From positions 1 to 47,869 of the forward strand of contig JABLTI010000011.1 in the NCBI GenBank assembly GCA_013166835.1: a stretch of 47,869 bases of DNA, given 5' to 3'. The translations under genes were made by a program, and so were the position numbers. Under the pieces are notes generated by a model. The model saw nothing but the letters and a program-made list of their open reading frames with translations, was not told the DNA's origin and made no database searches. Positions 10,107 through 19,833 of this stretch are shown one piece after another. Origin of the DNA: Promethearchaeati archaeon (lineage in GTDB: Archaea; Asgardarchaeota; Heimdallarchaeia; JABLTI01). Position 1 is the first letter of the stretch, and each line of letters starts with the position of its first letter.

Positions 10107-11969
10107 GTGACCAAACAAGTAACCAAAATGCTACTGAGTGGTAATGAAGCGTTTGCTCGTGGAGTTTTGGAAGCAGGAGTTGACATCGCAGCAGCATATC
10201 CAGGAACACCCTCAACTGAGATTATGGAAACAATAGCTCATTTTGGGAAAGATACCGGAATGCATGCGGAATGGTCAATTAATGAGAAAATAGCTTTTGA
10301 AGTAGCTTTAGGTGCTTCATGGAGTGGGTTACGTTCATTTACTGCAGCAAAACATGTGGGATTAAATGTTGCAGCAGATTCTTTTTTCACTGCCGCCCTC
10401 TTCGGTGGAATGAAAGGAGGATTTGTTATGGTTATTGCAGATGACCCGAGCTTTCACTCGAGCCAAAACGAGCAAGATACCAGAATGTATGCACTAGCTG
10501 CTCATGCAATTTGTATGGAACCATCAACCCCACAAGAAGCATTAGATATGACAAAATACGCTTATGAATTCTCTGAGAAATGGGAATCCATGGTTGTTAT
10601 TCGATCAACCACAAGATTAAGCCATTCAAGAGGACCAGTAATTTTAGGGGAAATCCCAAAAAGAGAAACCAATAAGGGAGAATTCATAAAAGACCCAGCA
10701 AAATTCGTTTGCTTGCCAGGAAACGCAAGAAGAACAAAACCACTTCTCTTGGCAAAAATGGACGAGATTAAAGATTACTCGAGTAAATCACAGTGGAATG
10801 TAGTGGAAAAAGGAAAAGATCCCCTACTTGTAATTACTTCTGGAGTATCATACTTGTATGTGAAAGATTCAGTGCAAGAAATGGGAATTGATCCGACCAT
10901 CTATAAGATTGGTCTAAGCAATCCAATGCCAGAAGCAAAAATAATCGAATTATTAAAAGAACATCCTGAATGTCTAATTGCTGAGGAAGTAGAACCATAC
11001 TTCGAGCTAAAAGTGAAGGCACTAGCAGCTGAGAATGGAATCAAAGTCAAGATCTATGGTCGAAAAGAAAAAGTAATCCCAATTTCAAATGAATTGAATC
11101 CATTAATTCTGAAAGAATCATTATCAAAGGTAATGAAGAAAGAATTTGAAGCAGTTGGGAAAGGACTTCCAACACAAACAGAAATCAATGAACTATTACC
11201 AAATAGACCACCAGAATTGTGTGCAGGATGCCCTCATAGATCAACATTCTATGCAATAAAGAAAGCAACAAGAAAACGACAAATAAAACCAATAATGCCA
11301 GGAGACATAGGTTGTTACACATTAGGATTCATGGCCCCACTAAACGCAGTCGATACAACAGTAGCAATGGGAGCATCAATTGGCATTGCAAATGGACTAG
11401 CACATGCAACAGACCAACAAATAATACCAGTAATAGGAGATTCAACATTCTTCCACACAGGAATACCAGCACTAGTAAATGCAATAGTGAACAAAGCAAA
11501 ATTCGTGCTAGTGGTAATGGATAATCACCTAACAGCCATGACAGGTGGTCAACCCACCCCTGAGCTTGGTTACGGTGCTTTTGGTGAACCTGCTGGGGTT
11601 GTTATGATTGAGCAAGTTTGCAAAGGTATTGGTATTAAGAATTTGTGGATTGTTGATCCTTATGATCATGATAAAACCATTGAAGTCATGGGTGAAGCGC
11701 TTGATTGTAATGATCTCGCGGTTGTTATCTCAAGGAGAGATTGTGCTTTAGAATACAGCAGGAAAATGAGACGTGCCAAGGAAACAATGGATACTTATTA
11801 CACTGATGAGGAAGTTTGCATTGGTTGTCGAACCTGTGTCAGAGATTTTGCTTGTCCAGCAATAACCTTTGATTATGAGAAGAAGAAATCACACGTTGAT
11901 GAATCCGTGTGTGTGGGCTGTAGTGTTTGTCGCTCTATTTGTCCCTATGATGCTTTTACTAAAAGGTGA
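10107..11969 (+). CDS. iorA: Indolepyruvate:ferredoxin oxidoreductase subunit alpha
   Basis: SGNEA, YPGTPSTEI, KHVGLNVAAD, SSQNEQD, RPPELCAGCPHR, GDIGCY, TPP-binding GDSTF and two C-terminal 4Fe-4S motifs (CIGCRTC...CP; CVGCSVC...CP). Confidence 0.96.
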   Translation: MTKQVTKMLLSGNEAFARGVLEAGVDIAAAYPGTPSTEIMETIAHFGKDTGMHAEWSINEKIAFEVALGASWSGLRSFTAAKHVGLNVAADSFFTAALFGGMKGGFVMVIADDPSFHSSQNEQDTRMYALAAHAICMEPSTPQEALDMTKYAYEFSEKWESMVVIRSTTRLSHSRGPVILGEIPKRETNKGEFIKDPAKFVCLPGNARRTKPLLLAKMDEIKDYSSKSQWNVVEKGKDPLLVITSGVSYLYVKDSVQEMGIDPTIYKIGLSNPMPEAKIIELLKEHPECLIAEEVEPYFELKVKALAAENGIKVKIYGRKEKVIPISNELNPLILKESLSKVMKKEFEAVGKGLPTQTEINELLPNRPPELCAGCPHRSTFYAIKKATRKRQIKPIMPGDIGCYTLGFMAPLNAVDTTVAMGASIGIANGLAHATDQQIIPVIGDSTFFHTGIPALVNAIVNKAKFVLVVMDNHLTAMTGGQPTPELGYGAFGEPAGVVMIEQVCKGIGIKNLWIVDPYDHDKTIEVMGEALDCNDLAVVISRRDCALEYSRKMRRAKETMDTYYTDEEVCIGCRTCVRDFACPAITFDYEKKKSHVDESVCVGCSVCRSICPYDAFTKR

Positions 11970-12598
11970 AGAAGATGACTGATTTGAAGAAATCTTATCA
12001 AATTGAAATTGCCGGTGTTGGTGGAACTGGTGTTCTTACCGCTGCTGCTCTTATTGGTAATTCTGCTCTTATCCAGGACATCTATGTTGTTCAGAGTGAA
12101 ATTCACGGTATGGCTCAACGAGGTGGTGTTGTCAACACTGAAATCCGTCTTGGTCCAGTTAGTGGTCCGCTCATTCCGGATGCTGGTGCTGATGTTCTCC
12201 TTAGTTTTGAATTGGGTGAAACTGCTCGGGCTGTTAGGAAAATTAAGCCTAAAGTCGGCTATGTCATTATGAACAGCCACATTATCGTTCCCCCAAGTCT
12301 TGGTATTAAGAAAGGAGCAAAATATCCCGAAGCTGACAGCATTTTAGCTTTGATTAAACCGTATTCCGAGAAGGTTTTCCTAATTGATGCCTTTGAACTT
12401 GCAAAAGAAGCTGGTGATTTACGAACTCAGAACGTTGTATTGTGTGGTGCATTATTCGCTATCCCTGATTTTCCACTCACAATAGAATCCCTTAAGCAAG
12501 CCTTAAACATCCAATTCAGAGGAAAAGAGAAAATTATTGCTACAAATATGAAAGCATTTGAATTAGGCTATAATAAAATGAAAGAATTGATGAAGTAG
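11966..12598 (+). CDS. iorB: Indolepyruvate:ferredoxin oxidoreductase subunit beta
   Basis: AGVGGTGV, SEIHGMAQRGGVV and NVVLCGAL; overlaps the iorA stop. Confidence 0.95.
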   Translation: MKKMTDLKKSYQIEIAGVGGTGVLTAAALIGNSALIQDIYVVQSEIHGMAQRGGVVNTEIRLGPVSGPLIPDAGADVLLSFELGETARAVRKIKPKVGYVIMNSHIIVPPSLGIKKGAKYPEADSILALIKPYSEKVFLIDAFELAKEAGDLRTQNVVLCGALFAIPDFPLTIESLKQALNIQFRGKEKIIATNMKAFELGYNKMKELMK

Positions 12599-12668
12599 GG
12601 CAAAAACCCTATTTCAACATATTTATTTTTGTTAACAACTTGTATTTTGTTAGTGTACATGTTAGGAG

Positions 12669-13355
12669 TTGGAAGTCATTTTAATTTTAGATAAGTATCT
12701 TGATGATTCGAAAGTGGAAATCACCTTTGAAGCAGGAATAACGAATATGCATGTTGATGAGTTACTTTTCTTCAAAGACATGGAAATCCCTGATTATCTA
12801 AAATTGCTGTATCAACAATCCAATGGTTTTCTTCTCGAAAGCGAGTACTTTTTGGACGATTTAGATGACCCATCTCATTTTCGATTGATCTCTTGTGATA
12901 ATTTGTTTTTCACCAGTAAAAGATTGAACCTATTACCGGACAAGCGATTCATTAGATTTGCTGAAAATGAGGAAGATGCTCTCTATCTTCTTGACATGGA
13001 AAATTTGGATCCAGAAGGCAATCCTCTTATTTTACTTAGTATGCCTAGTTACAAATTTAATATTCCATTAACTAATAATATCGAAGTTTTACTCGAGGCC
13101 TCTTGTTTAGGCATCTTAGGATTGATAGAAACCTTCGGATTAAAAGAAGGTAAACGAGTGCCCCAAGTCCCTCAAAGGATGTTGAAAAAGAAGAAGAGAA
13201 TCCTTCCAATTCTCAAAGAATTCTTTCTAACAGCAAAAAGAGAATTCGATTTAATAGACACGTGGCATCTATCACCTAAAGCCAAGAAAAACATTCAGAT
13301 GAGTATTGCTATTTGGTTTAAAGGTTTGAAGAGCCTATTATCAGTTTTTAATTAA
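12669..13355 (+). CDS. SMI1/KNR4 (SUKH)-like domain protein
   Basis: EIPDYLKLLYQQSNGF resembles the SUKH lPxdYxxfl...nG core; followed by FIRFAENEEDALYLLD...GNPLI. Confidence 0.55.
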   Translation: MEVILILDKYLDDSKVEITFEAGITNMHVDELLFFKDMEIPDYLKLLYQQSNGFLLESEYFLDDLDDPSHFRLISCDNLFFTSKRLNLLPDKRFIRFAENEEDALYLLDMENLDPEGNPLILLSMPSYKFNIPLTNNIEVLLEASCLGILGLIETFGLKEGKRVPQVPQRMLKKKKRILPILKEFFLTAKREFDLIDTWHLSPKAKKNIQMSIAIWFKGLKSLLSVFN

Positions 13356-13388
13356 GAAAAAAAATAAAAAAATAGAATATTTTATGGC

Positions 13389-15677
13389 TCATATTTCTTT
13401 TGAGCGAGCCATAAAGGAAGCGTTAATTATTTGTTGAATTGCTCTTACGAGTGCATCTTGTTCTGTGACGAAGCTTGTTAGTTCTCCTTCTCGAGCAACT
13501 GGAGCTAAGAGTACTTCTGCCCCATCTCGAGTGACTGCGTAGAAATCTCTCATAGTGTATTGCCATATTGTAATGTTGCCTTGTTCTTTTAAGGCAGCAA
13601 TGAGAGCTTCATCTCTGAACGGATCAATATCAGCTAATACTCTAATTCTTACTCGTTTTGAGATATTCTTTACTAGAAGGTCCACAAGTGATTGATCTAT
13701 TGTTGGTACCACCACAGTGCATGTGGATTTTGTTCTTAGGAGCATATCATAGATAGATACCATTGAGTTTTGATTTCCATAGATGATTACTGAATGTGGT
13801 CTTGGCACAGGAATGATTTGATCGACTGAATCAGTTATTTCTTGTAGGTAAGTTTTTGTTTCATTTACCTTGTAAATAATTCCTGCTAATCTACTTGAAA
13901 TTTCATTGCTAGATGTTGAAAAAGAATCTTTAATTGTTAAAAGGAAGGTATCTCCAGCCTTACCAATCAAATCTAGTGATGCACTTTGATCTCTGTTTAA
14001 AGTTGTCAGATAGTTATCCAAAGTGGATGTATATTCGGAAATCATTTCCGAAGCAATCACTTTTGGTTTGCTAAGCTCTTCTTGTACTTGTGTTTTGAAA
14101 GCGAATTTCATATCGTCTGAAAGATATCTTATGGTTTCCAAAGCCTTGTTATTGCTTTCATTATGCATTCGTAGTCTTTTAGAGGAATTTAGGAAGAGGT
14201 TTTCCAAAGCATCTTCTAGATCTGTAAAAACAACATCTCTTAATGGTGCGAGAGTAAGCGAAATATCAGACTTTAATTCTTCAATGTGTTTCAAGGTAGT
14301 AGAGAAGGCTTCTTTTGAAGTGCTGGTTATCTTTGGATTGGTTTCCTTTAGAACATCTTTTATTGCATTATTAAGATCTAGCTCAAATTTCTTGGCAATT
14401 TCAGCCCAATTAGAGTTTAGAGTTGTCTTCAACGTCTTTAGGCTAGTTGTTCCATCTTTGAGTTGTTTCGCTAACATTGAATCATTATTTTTGATGAGTT
14501 GAGTCATTCCATCAATGATTTCTTTTTGATAGACTTTCATCACACCATCATATGAAGTTTTGATCTTCTGCGATAAAGTATCAATTCTATCTGCTTGTTC
14601 TTTAGCTTCTTGAACAAGTTTAGGATCTGGTCTTTTTAGCAATCCTGCTTTGGCAATCTCGTCAATATTTACCTTTAGACCTGTTGATTCAACAGACAAT
14701 TTATCAATATTCTTTCCTACTTGTTCAATCATTTTTGCAGTAGCAGCTTCGAGTTTGCCTTTCTCCTGATCAAATAATTCACGAGATGCTTTTTTGTAAT
14801 TACTAATAACGCTAGTATAAATTTGGGTGGTATCTCTTGTGATAGTAGTAATTTTTACTTCAAATTCTTTCAAAGCTTTTTGTAATTCTGTTATACTGAA
14901 TTTGGTAATTGCTTTGACGTTTTTCTGAAGGGAGCTTATTTCACTTCGATTTTCTTCCAGAATAGTTTTTAATCTCTCTGGAGCAGTTCCCTTATACTCT
15001 ATTATTGCATTATCTAACGGAGTTAACATATCCTGAATTGTTTTATTCATCAACTGCTCGAATTTTTGTAATCTTTCTGTTGCTTTATCTGATTCATCTC
15101 GCAATATAACACTAATTTCATTACTAAGATTAGACAATTCATTACTAATTGAAAGGAAGGTTTTCGCAAAACCATCTGTTAACATTAAATCAAAATCTTC
15201 GGCTAAATTTGATACCTTATCAGAATGCCGGTAAATTGAGTTGGTTAATTCCATCTTAAGTTGCTCATTAGATGTTCTCAACTCCTCAGCAATTCTAGCA
15301 AAAATAGGCTCAATCGAAACTTTAAATTCTGACATTTTTTGGGTTAAGGTATCATAACTTGTATCAAAAACACTGATGAGAGAATTTTCAATACCGATTA
15401 TATCATTTTGGAATTCTTTTTCCACAAATAAGAATCCTTTAAGGAAAGGTTCAACAGCAATGTATCTATTGATTTTCCCTTCGATCTTTTTTAAATAACC
15501 ACGGTTTGACAAGTCTTGAACTACTTGTTGTAGGTCATCGAGATCGATTCCTGTTTGTAAATACATTTCACCTAAAGAAGCATTCCCAACACCAAGAATA
15601 GTCAAATACACATTTTGTTCTTGTTCTGAGAAGCCAATTTGACTTAATAATGAACTTTGTACGTTCTTTAACGACAT
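13389..15677 (-). CDS. TrmB-like protein: N-terminal winged HTH, about 550-aa alpha-helical rod, C-terminal PLD-like (TrmB C-terminal) domain
   Basis: LSQIGFSEQEQNVYLTIL...LSNRGYL...RYIAVEP matches the TrmB HTH. SVIIYG...IYDMLLRTKS...RVRIRVL...TRDGAEVLL matches the TrmB C-terminal domain. The middle is Pro/Gly-poor amphipathic helix. Confidence 0.8.
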   Translation of the reverse strand: MSLKNVQSSLLSQIGFSEQEQNVYLTILGVGNASLGEMYLQTGIDLDDLQQVVQDLSNRGYLKKIEGKINRYIAVEPFLKGFLFVEKEFQNDIIGIENSLISVFDTSYDTLTQKMSEFKVSIEPIFARIAEELRTSNEQLKMELTNSIYRHSDKVSNLAEDFDLMLTDGFAKTFLSISNELSNLSNEISVILRDESDKATERLQKFEQLMNKTIQDMLTPLDNAIIEYKGTAPERLKTILEENRSEISSLQKNVKAITKFSITELQKALKEFEVKITTITRDTTQIYTSVISNYKKASRELFDQEKGKLEAATAKMIEQVGKNIDKLSVESTGLKVNIDEIAKAGLLKRPDPKLVQEAKEQADRIDTLSQKIKTSYDGVMKVYQKEIIDGMTQLIKNNDSMLAKQLKDGTTSLKTLKTTLNSNWAEIAKKFELDLNNAIKDVLKETNPKITSTSKEAFSTTLKHIEELKSDISLTLAPLRDVVFTDLEDALENLFLNSSKRLRMHNESNNKALETIRYLSDDMKFAFKTQVQEELSKPKVIASEMISEYTSTLDNYLTTLNRDQSASLDLIGKAGDTFLLTIKDSFSTSSNEISSRLAGIIYKVNETKTYLQEITDSVDQIIPVPRPHSVIIYGNQNSMVSIYDMLLRTKSTCTVVVPTIDQSLVDLLVKNISKRVRIRVLADIDPFRDEALIAALKEQGNITIWQYTMRDFYAVTRDGAEVLLAPVAREGELTSFVTEQDALVRAIQQIINASFMARSKEI

Positions 15678-15795
15678 ATTTAGGCACTATCCGAATTAAC
15701 TCAGTTTAGAATATTCTCTTTGCATAAAATATTTTTTCCCTTTGTAAGGTAATTCAAAACATTATTTCTTTTATTAGCTATTTAATTATTATTCT

Positions 15796-16326
15796 TCATA
15801 CATATTTTACTATAATACCTTCTTTTATGCCAATTATTTGGGCTGAGACTAATAAATCTAAAATATCTTTGATAGTTGTTCGGATTGCTTGTAGACTTAG
15901 ATTGGTTTCTTTAAGTAAAGCGGTTACAAGTCGTTCTTTTGTCAGATTTGATTCCCCTATAAGTAAAGAATTAATTTGATCAACTATTCGAGAATTAATT
16001 AAATAATTGGTTATTGTTGTTTGGATTTCAGCATCAGTCAATCTATCAGCTGACAAATTTTCAAGTAAAGATAGACCATCTTTTGTTAGTTTGTATTTGC
16101 TTTTACTTTTCCTTTTTTGAAAGATAGGAATCCAGATACAATCATTATATCTTTCGCAATGGTCTCCACAAGTGGGTATTTTAGTTTTTATCATTTTTAC
16201 AAAATCTAATACTTCTAGAGGTGATAAAGCAACTTCAAACCGTTCTTTGAAGTCATAGGTGCAACCAATTTCCTTGAGGGATAATAATTCCTTGAGCATT
16301 TTATGTAGATTCATTACTGTAAGCAC
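15796..16326 (-). CDS. Hypothetical winged-helix protein with a Cys cluster
   Basis: YKLTKDGLSLL and ILDLLVSAQIIGIKEGII look like wHTH wing signatures; CGDHCERYNDC cluster; starts 18 bp after the helicase gene. Confidence 0.6.
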   Translation of the reverse strand: MLTVMNLHKMLKELLSLKEIGCTYDFKERFEVALSPLEVLDFVKMIKTKIPTCGDHCERYNDCIWIPIFQKRKSKSKYKLTKDGLSLLENLSADRLTDAEIQTTITNYLINSRIVDQINSLLIGESNLTKERLVTALLKETNLSLQAIRTTIKDILDLLVSAQIIGIKEGIIVKYV

Positions 16327-16344
16327 TTCTCATTACTCCATTAG

Positions 16345-19300
16345 CTAATAAATATCATTGGAGGAGAATTCATCTGCTAAATTCTCTTGTTTTAATTCAT
16401 TTATTGTTCGAAAGACTTCTTTGAAGATTGTTTTAGCTTCATCTTCTTTTTCATCTGAGCTTTTCTGAGTGAATGTTTGCTGATTACCTACTAGGATGAG
16501 TTTAGCTTTTGCTCTACTTATTGAAACATTCATTCTTCGCCAATCACGATGCAATTGACCAATTATATTACTATCATTACTATTTGTCAAACTAAGAATT
16601 ATTATTTCACGCTCATCCCCTTGAAATCTATCGACAGTATCAACTCGTAAGTTTTCTAGAATTTTTTCGGAGATATTATTTGCTCGAAGTTCTCCGTAAA
16701 TGAGATTATTTTGATGCCTATAGGGAGAAATGACCCCAATTTGCTTTGCAATCTCAATACGATCATCCTCATTATACAGAGCTAGAAATTCAGCAATGAT
16801 TCTTCCTATGATTTGTGATTCTCGAATATTAAAACGAGATTCAGTCTGAATATCGATTTCTTCTATTCCTTCAAGAGCTGCTTTGTCTTTTTCTGTGTTA
16901 ATAAAAACAACTGGTTTAGTAGAAAAGAATAGTTTCTCAATTAATTCTGAAAGTGAGTTTTTTGTATTATTTATCGACTCATAGGATTCAAGAAATTCAT
17001 CGATTGTGTGTTTTCCGATTGCATCATTCGCAGGAATATAATTTACTGAGGGATAAAAGGCGTTCTTTATTATTCGAGAGATTGCTTCATTCATTCGATA
17101 ATGTTCAGATAGGATTACAACATTGTCAGTTTTTCCTGCCCACATGGTAAACAAACGTTCGAATAACGATGTCTTTAGTGTGCTTTCTTTCTTCAATCCA
17201 GCATTTAGCAGTACTTTTGGAACAGTTGGAGTATGCTCTATTGTTTCTTCAGAAACTACTGGTGGTAATTGCTTGTGATCACCCACTAAAACTACTCGAG
17301 GATATCCTTCTGTTGATTCTGTTTGAAGGCATCGATGTCTAAATGCCCCTAGACTTGCAGGTTCAGTAGCTTGTCCTGCTTCATCAACAATTACCCAATG
17401 AAAATTCAAACCCTTTAGGAGATTATTTCCTACACTTCCGAGAGTACCTACGATAATTCCAGCTTTTTGATAAAGCTCTATCCCTTTCTTTAATATTGTA
17501 ACTAATATGTCTGCATCTGCTTTTTCGCTGAGAGTTTCATCAAATTTCGTTTTATTAGGGAGAATATATTCTTGAACCTCTTCTGAGTGATCCTTTGAGT
17601 ATGATTCTAAACGAACAATATATGGTTTTAATTCCTTAAACGAGGATAATTTTACGATAACCTCATCTGCAGCTCGATGTGTATTTGCTAAGATAAGAAC
17701 AGGTTTGGATAGATTTGATTCCTCTTCATCTACAAGTTTTGAATTTAATAAATAATATTCCGAATAGATTTCCCTAGCTAATTGAGCGATCATTCTTGTT
17801 TTTCCAGAACCAGGTGGTCCCTGAACAAGTAATATGTCTCCTGGCTGTAAACCTAGAGCTTTTTCAATTGCTTCTACTTTAAATTTGTCAAGGTCTTTTA
17901 TCAAACCGGATCTTGGAATAGGTTTTATTTTATTGGGTTTTGATATACCGAGAATTAATTTTATTAAGTAAGGTAATTCTTTGTCAGTTATTTTTCTGCC
18001 GAGAATGCCAGATCGATTCATTGATTCAAAGAGGAAATCTGTTAAAGAACGTGATTGCCATTGAGAGAAAATTACATTCTCAACTTGATCTACTCTGAAT
18101 TTATCTGCTATTTTCCCTCTTCTTTTCAATGTTGATCTTGCCTTGATTATGATTTCCTTTGAACTAAGAGATGTGATTTTTCCTTCTACACTAAATATTT
18201 CACCTGGAAGTAAGTCTGAGGGTGTTATGAAGACATCATCGCCTTCTCTAATTCTAGTGAAGATTTTCTTATCAGATGATAAAGTAAGGACATATCGATA
18301 TGGATCGAATTTCTCCAATTTTAGATTAGATATTGTTACGCCTTGATTTTCTAGCTTGTCAATCTCTGTTGTTGCTAATTTATGTAGATGTCTTTTCACA
18401 TTATTTAATTCGAATTTTAATTGTCTGAAATACCAAGACCAATATTCATAGAGATCTTGAGGAAAATGTAACCAGATATTTGGATCAAGCAATCTTTTTC
18501 CGTCAGAACAGATTCCTTGTTGGTTTGATGGGCAATAATTACAAATTCTACGCCAATTACTACTCAATAAATTGAAATCAGTCCCAAGGGCTGGCATAAA
18601 TCTTCTCGAGAGGAATCTGTTGATTTTGTACCGATCATATCCCGAAAGCAAACCGGATTCAATAGCAAATGCTATGTTCCTTGTTTGTAAAAGTAAATCC
18701 AAGTATTCGTCACTTTGATCGTCTGCTAAATCGATTTTTCGTCTTTTTATTACTGCATGATCTTGGAGAGGAATAATTTCAGGATTATCATCTTCTAATC
18801 CTGCATCGGCATCAAAGAACTCAATATATGCTTTTGGTGCTTTCCCTGTTACCTTCTTTATAATTTCATGATACGCAAAAGCTTGTACACCACCAGGATG
18901 AGTTACCCCAGTTAATGGATCATAATCGGATTCAATGAAATATCTACTACCCGTTTTTATCTCCCAGAGTTCATCATAATCCTTTTTCAAGATTATTTGA
19001 TCTGCTCTTCCAGATATTCCTCTTTCCGGAGAAAACAATAGAGTTTCATTAAGGAGTTGATTCTCTTTAATATCCTTAAATTGCTCTGCTATTTGATCTA
19101 CGATAATTGAATCAACTTGCAATGGCAATTTCAAATCTTTATTTGGTCCACGAAAGTAGCTTCGTCTTAATAAGACAGAGAAATTATCCCGCCATTCATC
19201 AAGAACTGCTCGATTATATGATTTCATTGCTCTTACTGGGTCTGCACTTCTTACCCACTCATTAGAGGCATATTGTATCCCTTTATGAATAGCATTCCCT

Positions 19301-19818
19301 CTTACAAAACCAATAGAAGTTGGGGCATTTCTAATTGTTCTTTGTAATCCAAGAAATGATTGATAAAAATACTTAGCAGGACAATTAAAAGCTGATTCAA
19401 GTTCAGCTCCTGTAATATTATAATCAGGGGAGATTATGAATTTGAGAATTATTAATTGACCACTTTCAGTTTCTTGTTCGGTAGCATTCTCCTTCTCAGG
19501 TTTCCAGATAGCTTTCATTATTTGTAATAATAACTCCGGGGATCTTCCTTCAGAAGCTAGCCCAGCATAGCAATACCTTAACACGTTATGATAATGAGAG
19601 AATGTTGATTTTTTTGTTCTTCCAGGAAACCATTCCATCGGATAAATAACCGCAGTACATATATGGGCTCTTGTTTTTGGATCCATTAGCTTAAGTACTA
19701 ATTGATATTTCTCTCCTTCCGCTTCTCGAGTCCTTTCAGCTAATACTTGAAAATCTACAAATTTTGGAGCATTTGGATTAGCTTTCAAAATCTCCAAATG
19801 GGTGAATATTTTATCCAC
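16345..19818 (-). CDS. Dna2-like nuclease-helicase (Fe-S PD-(D/E)XK nuclease fused to SF1B Upf1-like helicase)
   Basis: Nuclease: FNCPAKY, GNAIH, ETLLFSPERGISGRAD, WEIKTG, QAFAY, CNYC..C. Helicase: QGPPGSGKT, ANTHRAAD, VDEAGQ, GDHKQLPP, SLFERL, HYRM, SPYRHQ, TVDRFQGDE, RRMNVSISRAK. Confidence 0.9.
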   Translation of the reverse strand: MDKIFTHLEILKANPNAPKFVDFQVLAERTREAEGEKYQLVLKLMDPKTRAHICTAVIYPMEWFPGRTKKSTFSHYHNVLRYCYAGLASEGRSPELLLQIMKAIWKPEKENATEQETESGQLIILKFIISPDYNITGAELESAFNCPAKYFYQSFLGLQRTIRNAPTSIGFVRGNAIHKGIQYASNEWVRSADPVRAMKSYNRAVLDEWRDNFSVLLRRSYFRGPNKDLKLPLQVDSIIVDQIAEQFKDIKENQLLNETLLFSPERGISGRADQIILKKDYDELWEIKTGSRYFIESDYDPLTGVTHPGGVQAFAYHEIIKKVTGKAPKAYIEFFDADAGLEDDNPEIIPLQDHAVIKRRKIDLADDQSDEYLDLLLQTRNIAFAIESGLLSGYDRYKINRFLSRRFMPALGTDFNLLSSNWRRICNYCPSNQQGICSDGKRLLDPNIWLHFPQDLYEYWSWYFRQLKFELNNVKRHLHKLATTEIDKLENQGVTISNLKLEKFDPYRYVLTLSSDKKIFTRIREGDDVFITPSDLLPGEIFSVEGKITSLSSKEIIIKARSTLKRRGKIADKFRVDQVENVIFSQWQSRSLTDFLFESMNRSGILGRKITDKELPYLIKLILGISKPNKIKPIPRSGLIKDLDKFKVEAIEKALGLQPGDILLVQGPPGSGKTRMIAQLAREIYSEYYLLNSKLVDEEESNLSKPVLILANTHRAADEVIVKLSSFKELKPYIVRLESYSKDHSEEVQEYILPNKTKFDETLSEKADADILVTILKKGIELYQKAGIIVGTLGSVGNNLLKGLNFHWVIVDEAGQATEPASLGAFRHRCLQTESTEGYPRVVLVGDHKQLPPVVSEETIEHTPTVPKVLLNAGLKKESTLKTSLFERLFTMWAGKTDNVVILSEHYRMNEAISRIIKNAFYPSVNYIPANDAIGKHTIDEFLESYESINNTKNSLSELIEKLFFSTKPVVFINTEKDKAALEGIEEIDIQTESRFNIRESQIIGRIIAEFLALYNEDDRIEIAKQIGVISPYRHQNNLIYGELRANNISEKILENLRVDTVDRFQGDEREIIILSLTNSNDSNIIGQLHRDWRRMNVSISRAKAKLILVGNQQTFTQKSSDEKEDEAKTIFKEVFRTINELKQENLADEFSSNDIY

Positions 19819-19833
19819 TTATAATTCCCTCAA

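Noticed and set aside
12596-12611. TAGGG-CAAAAA-CCCTA hairpin after iorB
   Set aside because: The stem is only 5 bp. It is plausible as a terminator element but too weak to call.
18500-19400. Cas4-like nuclease as a sign of a CRISPR-Cas locus
   Set aside because: The domain is fused to an SF1B helicase in Dna2 fashion, and I saw no repeat-spacer array or other cas genes.
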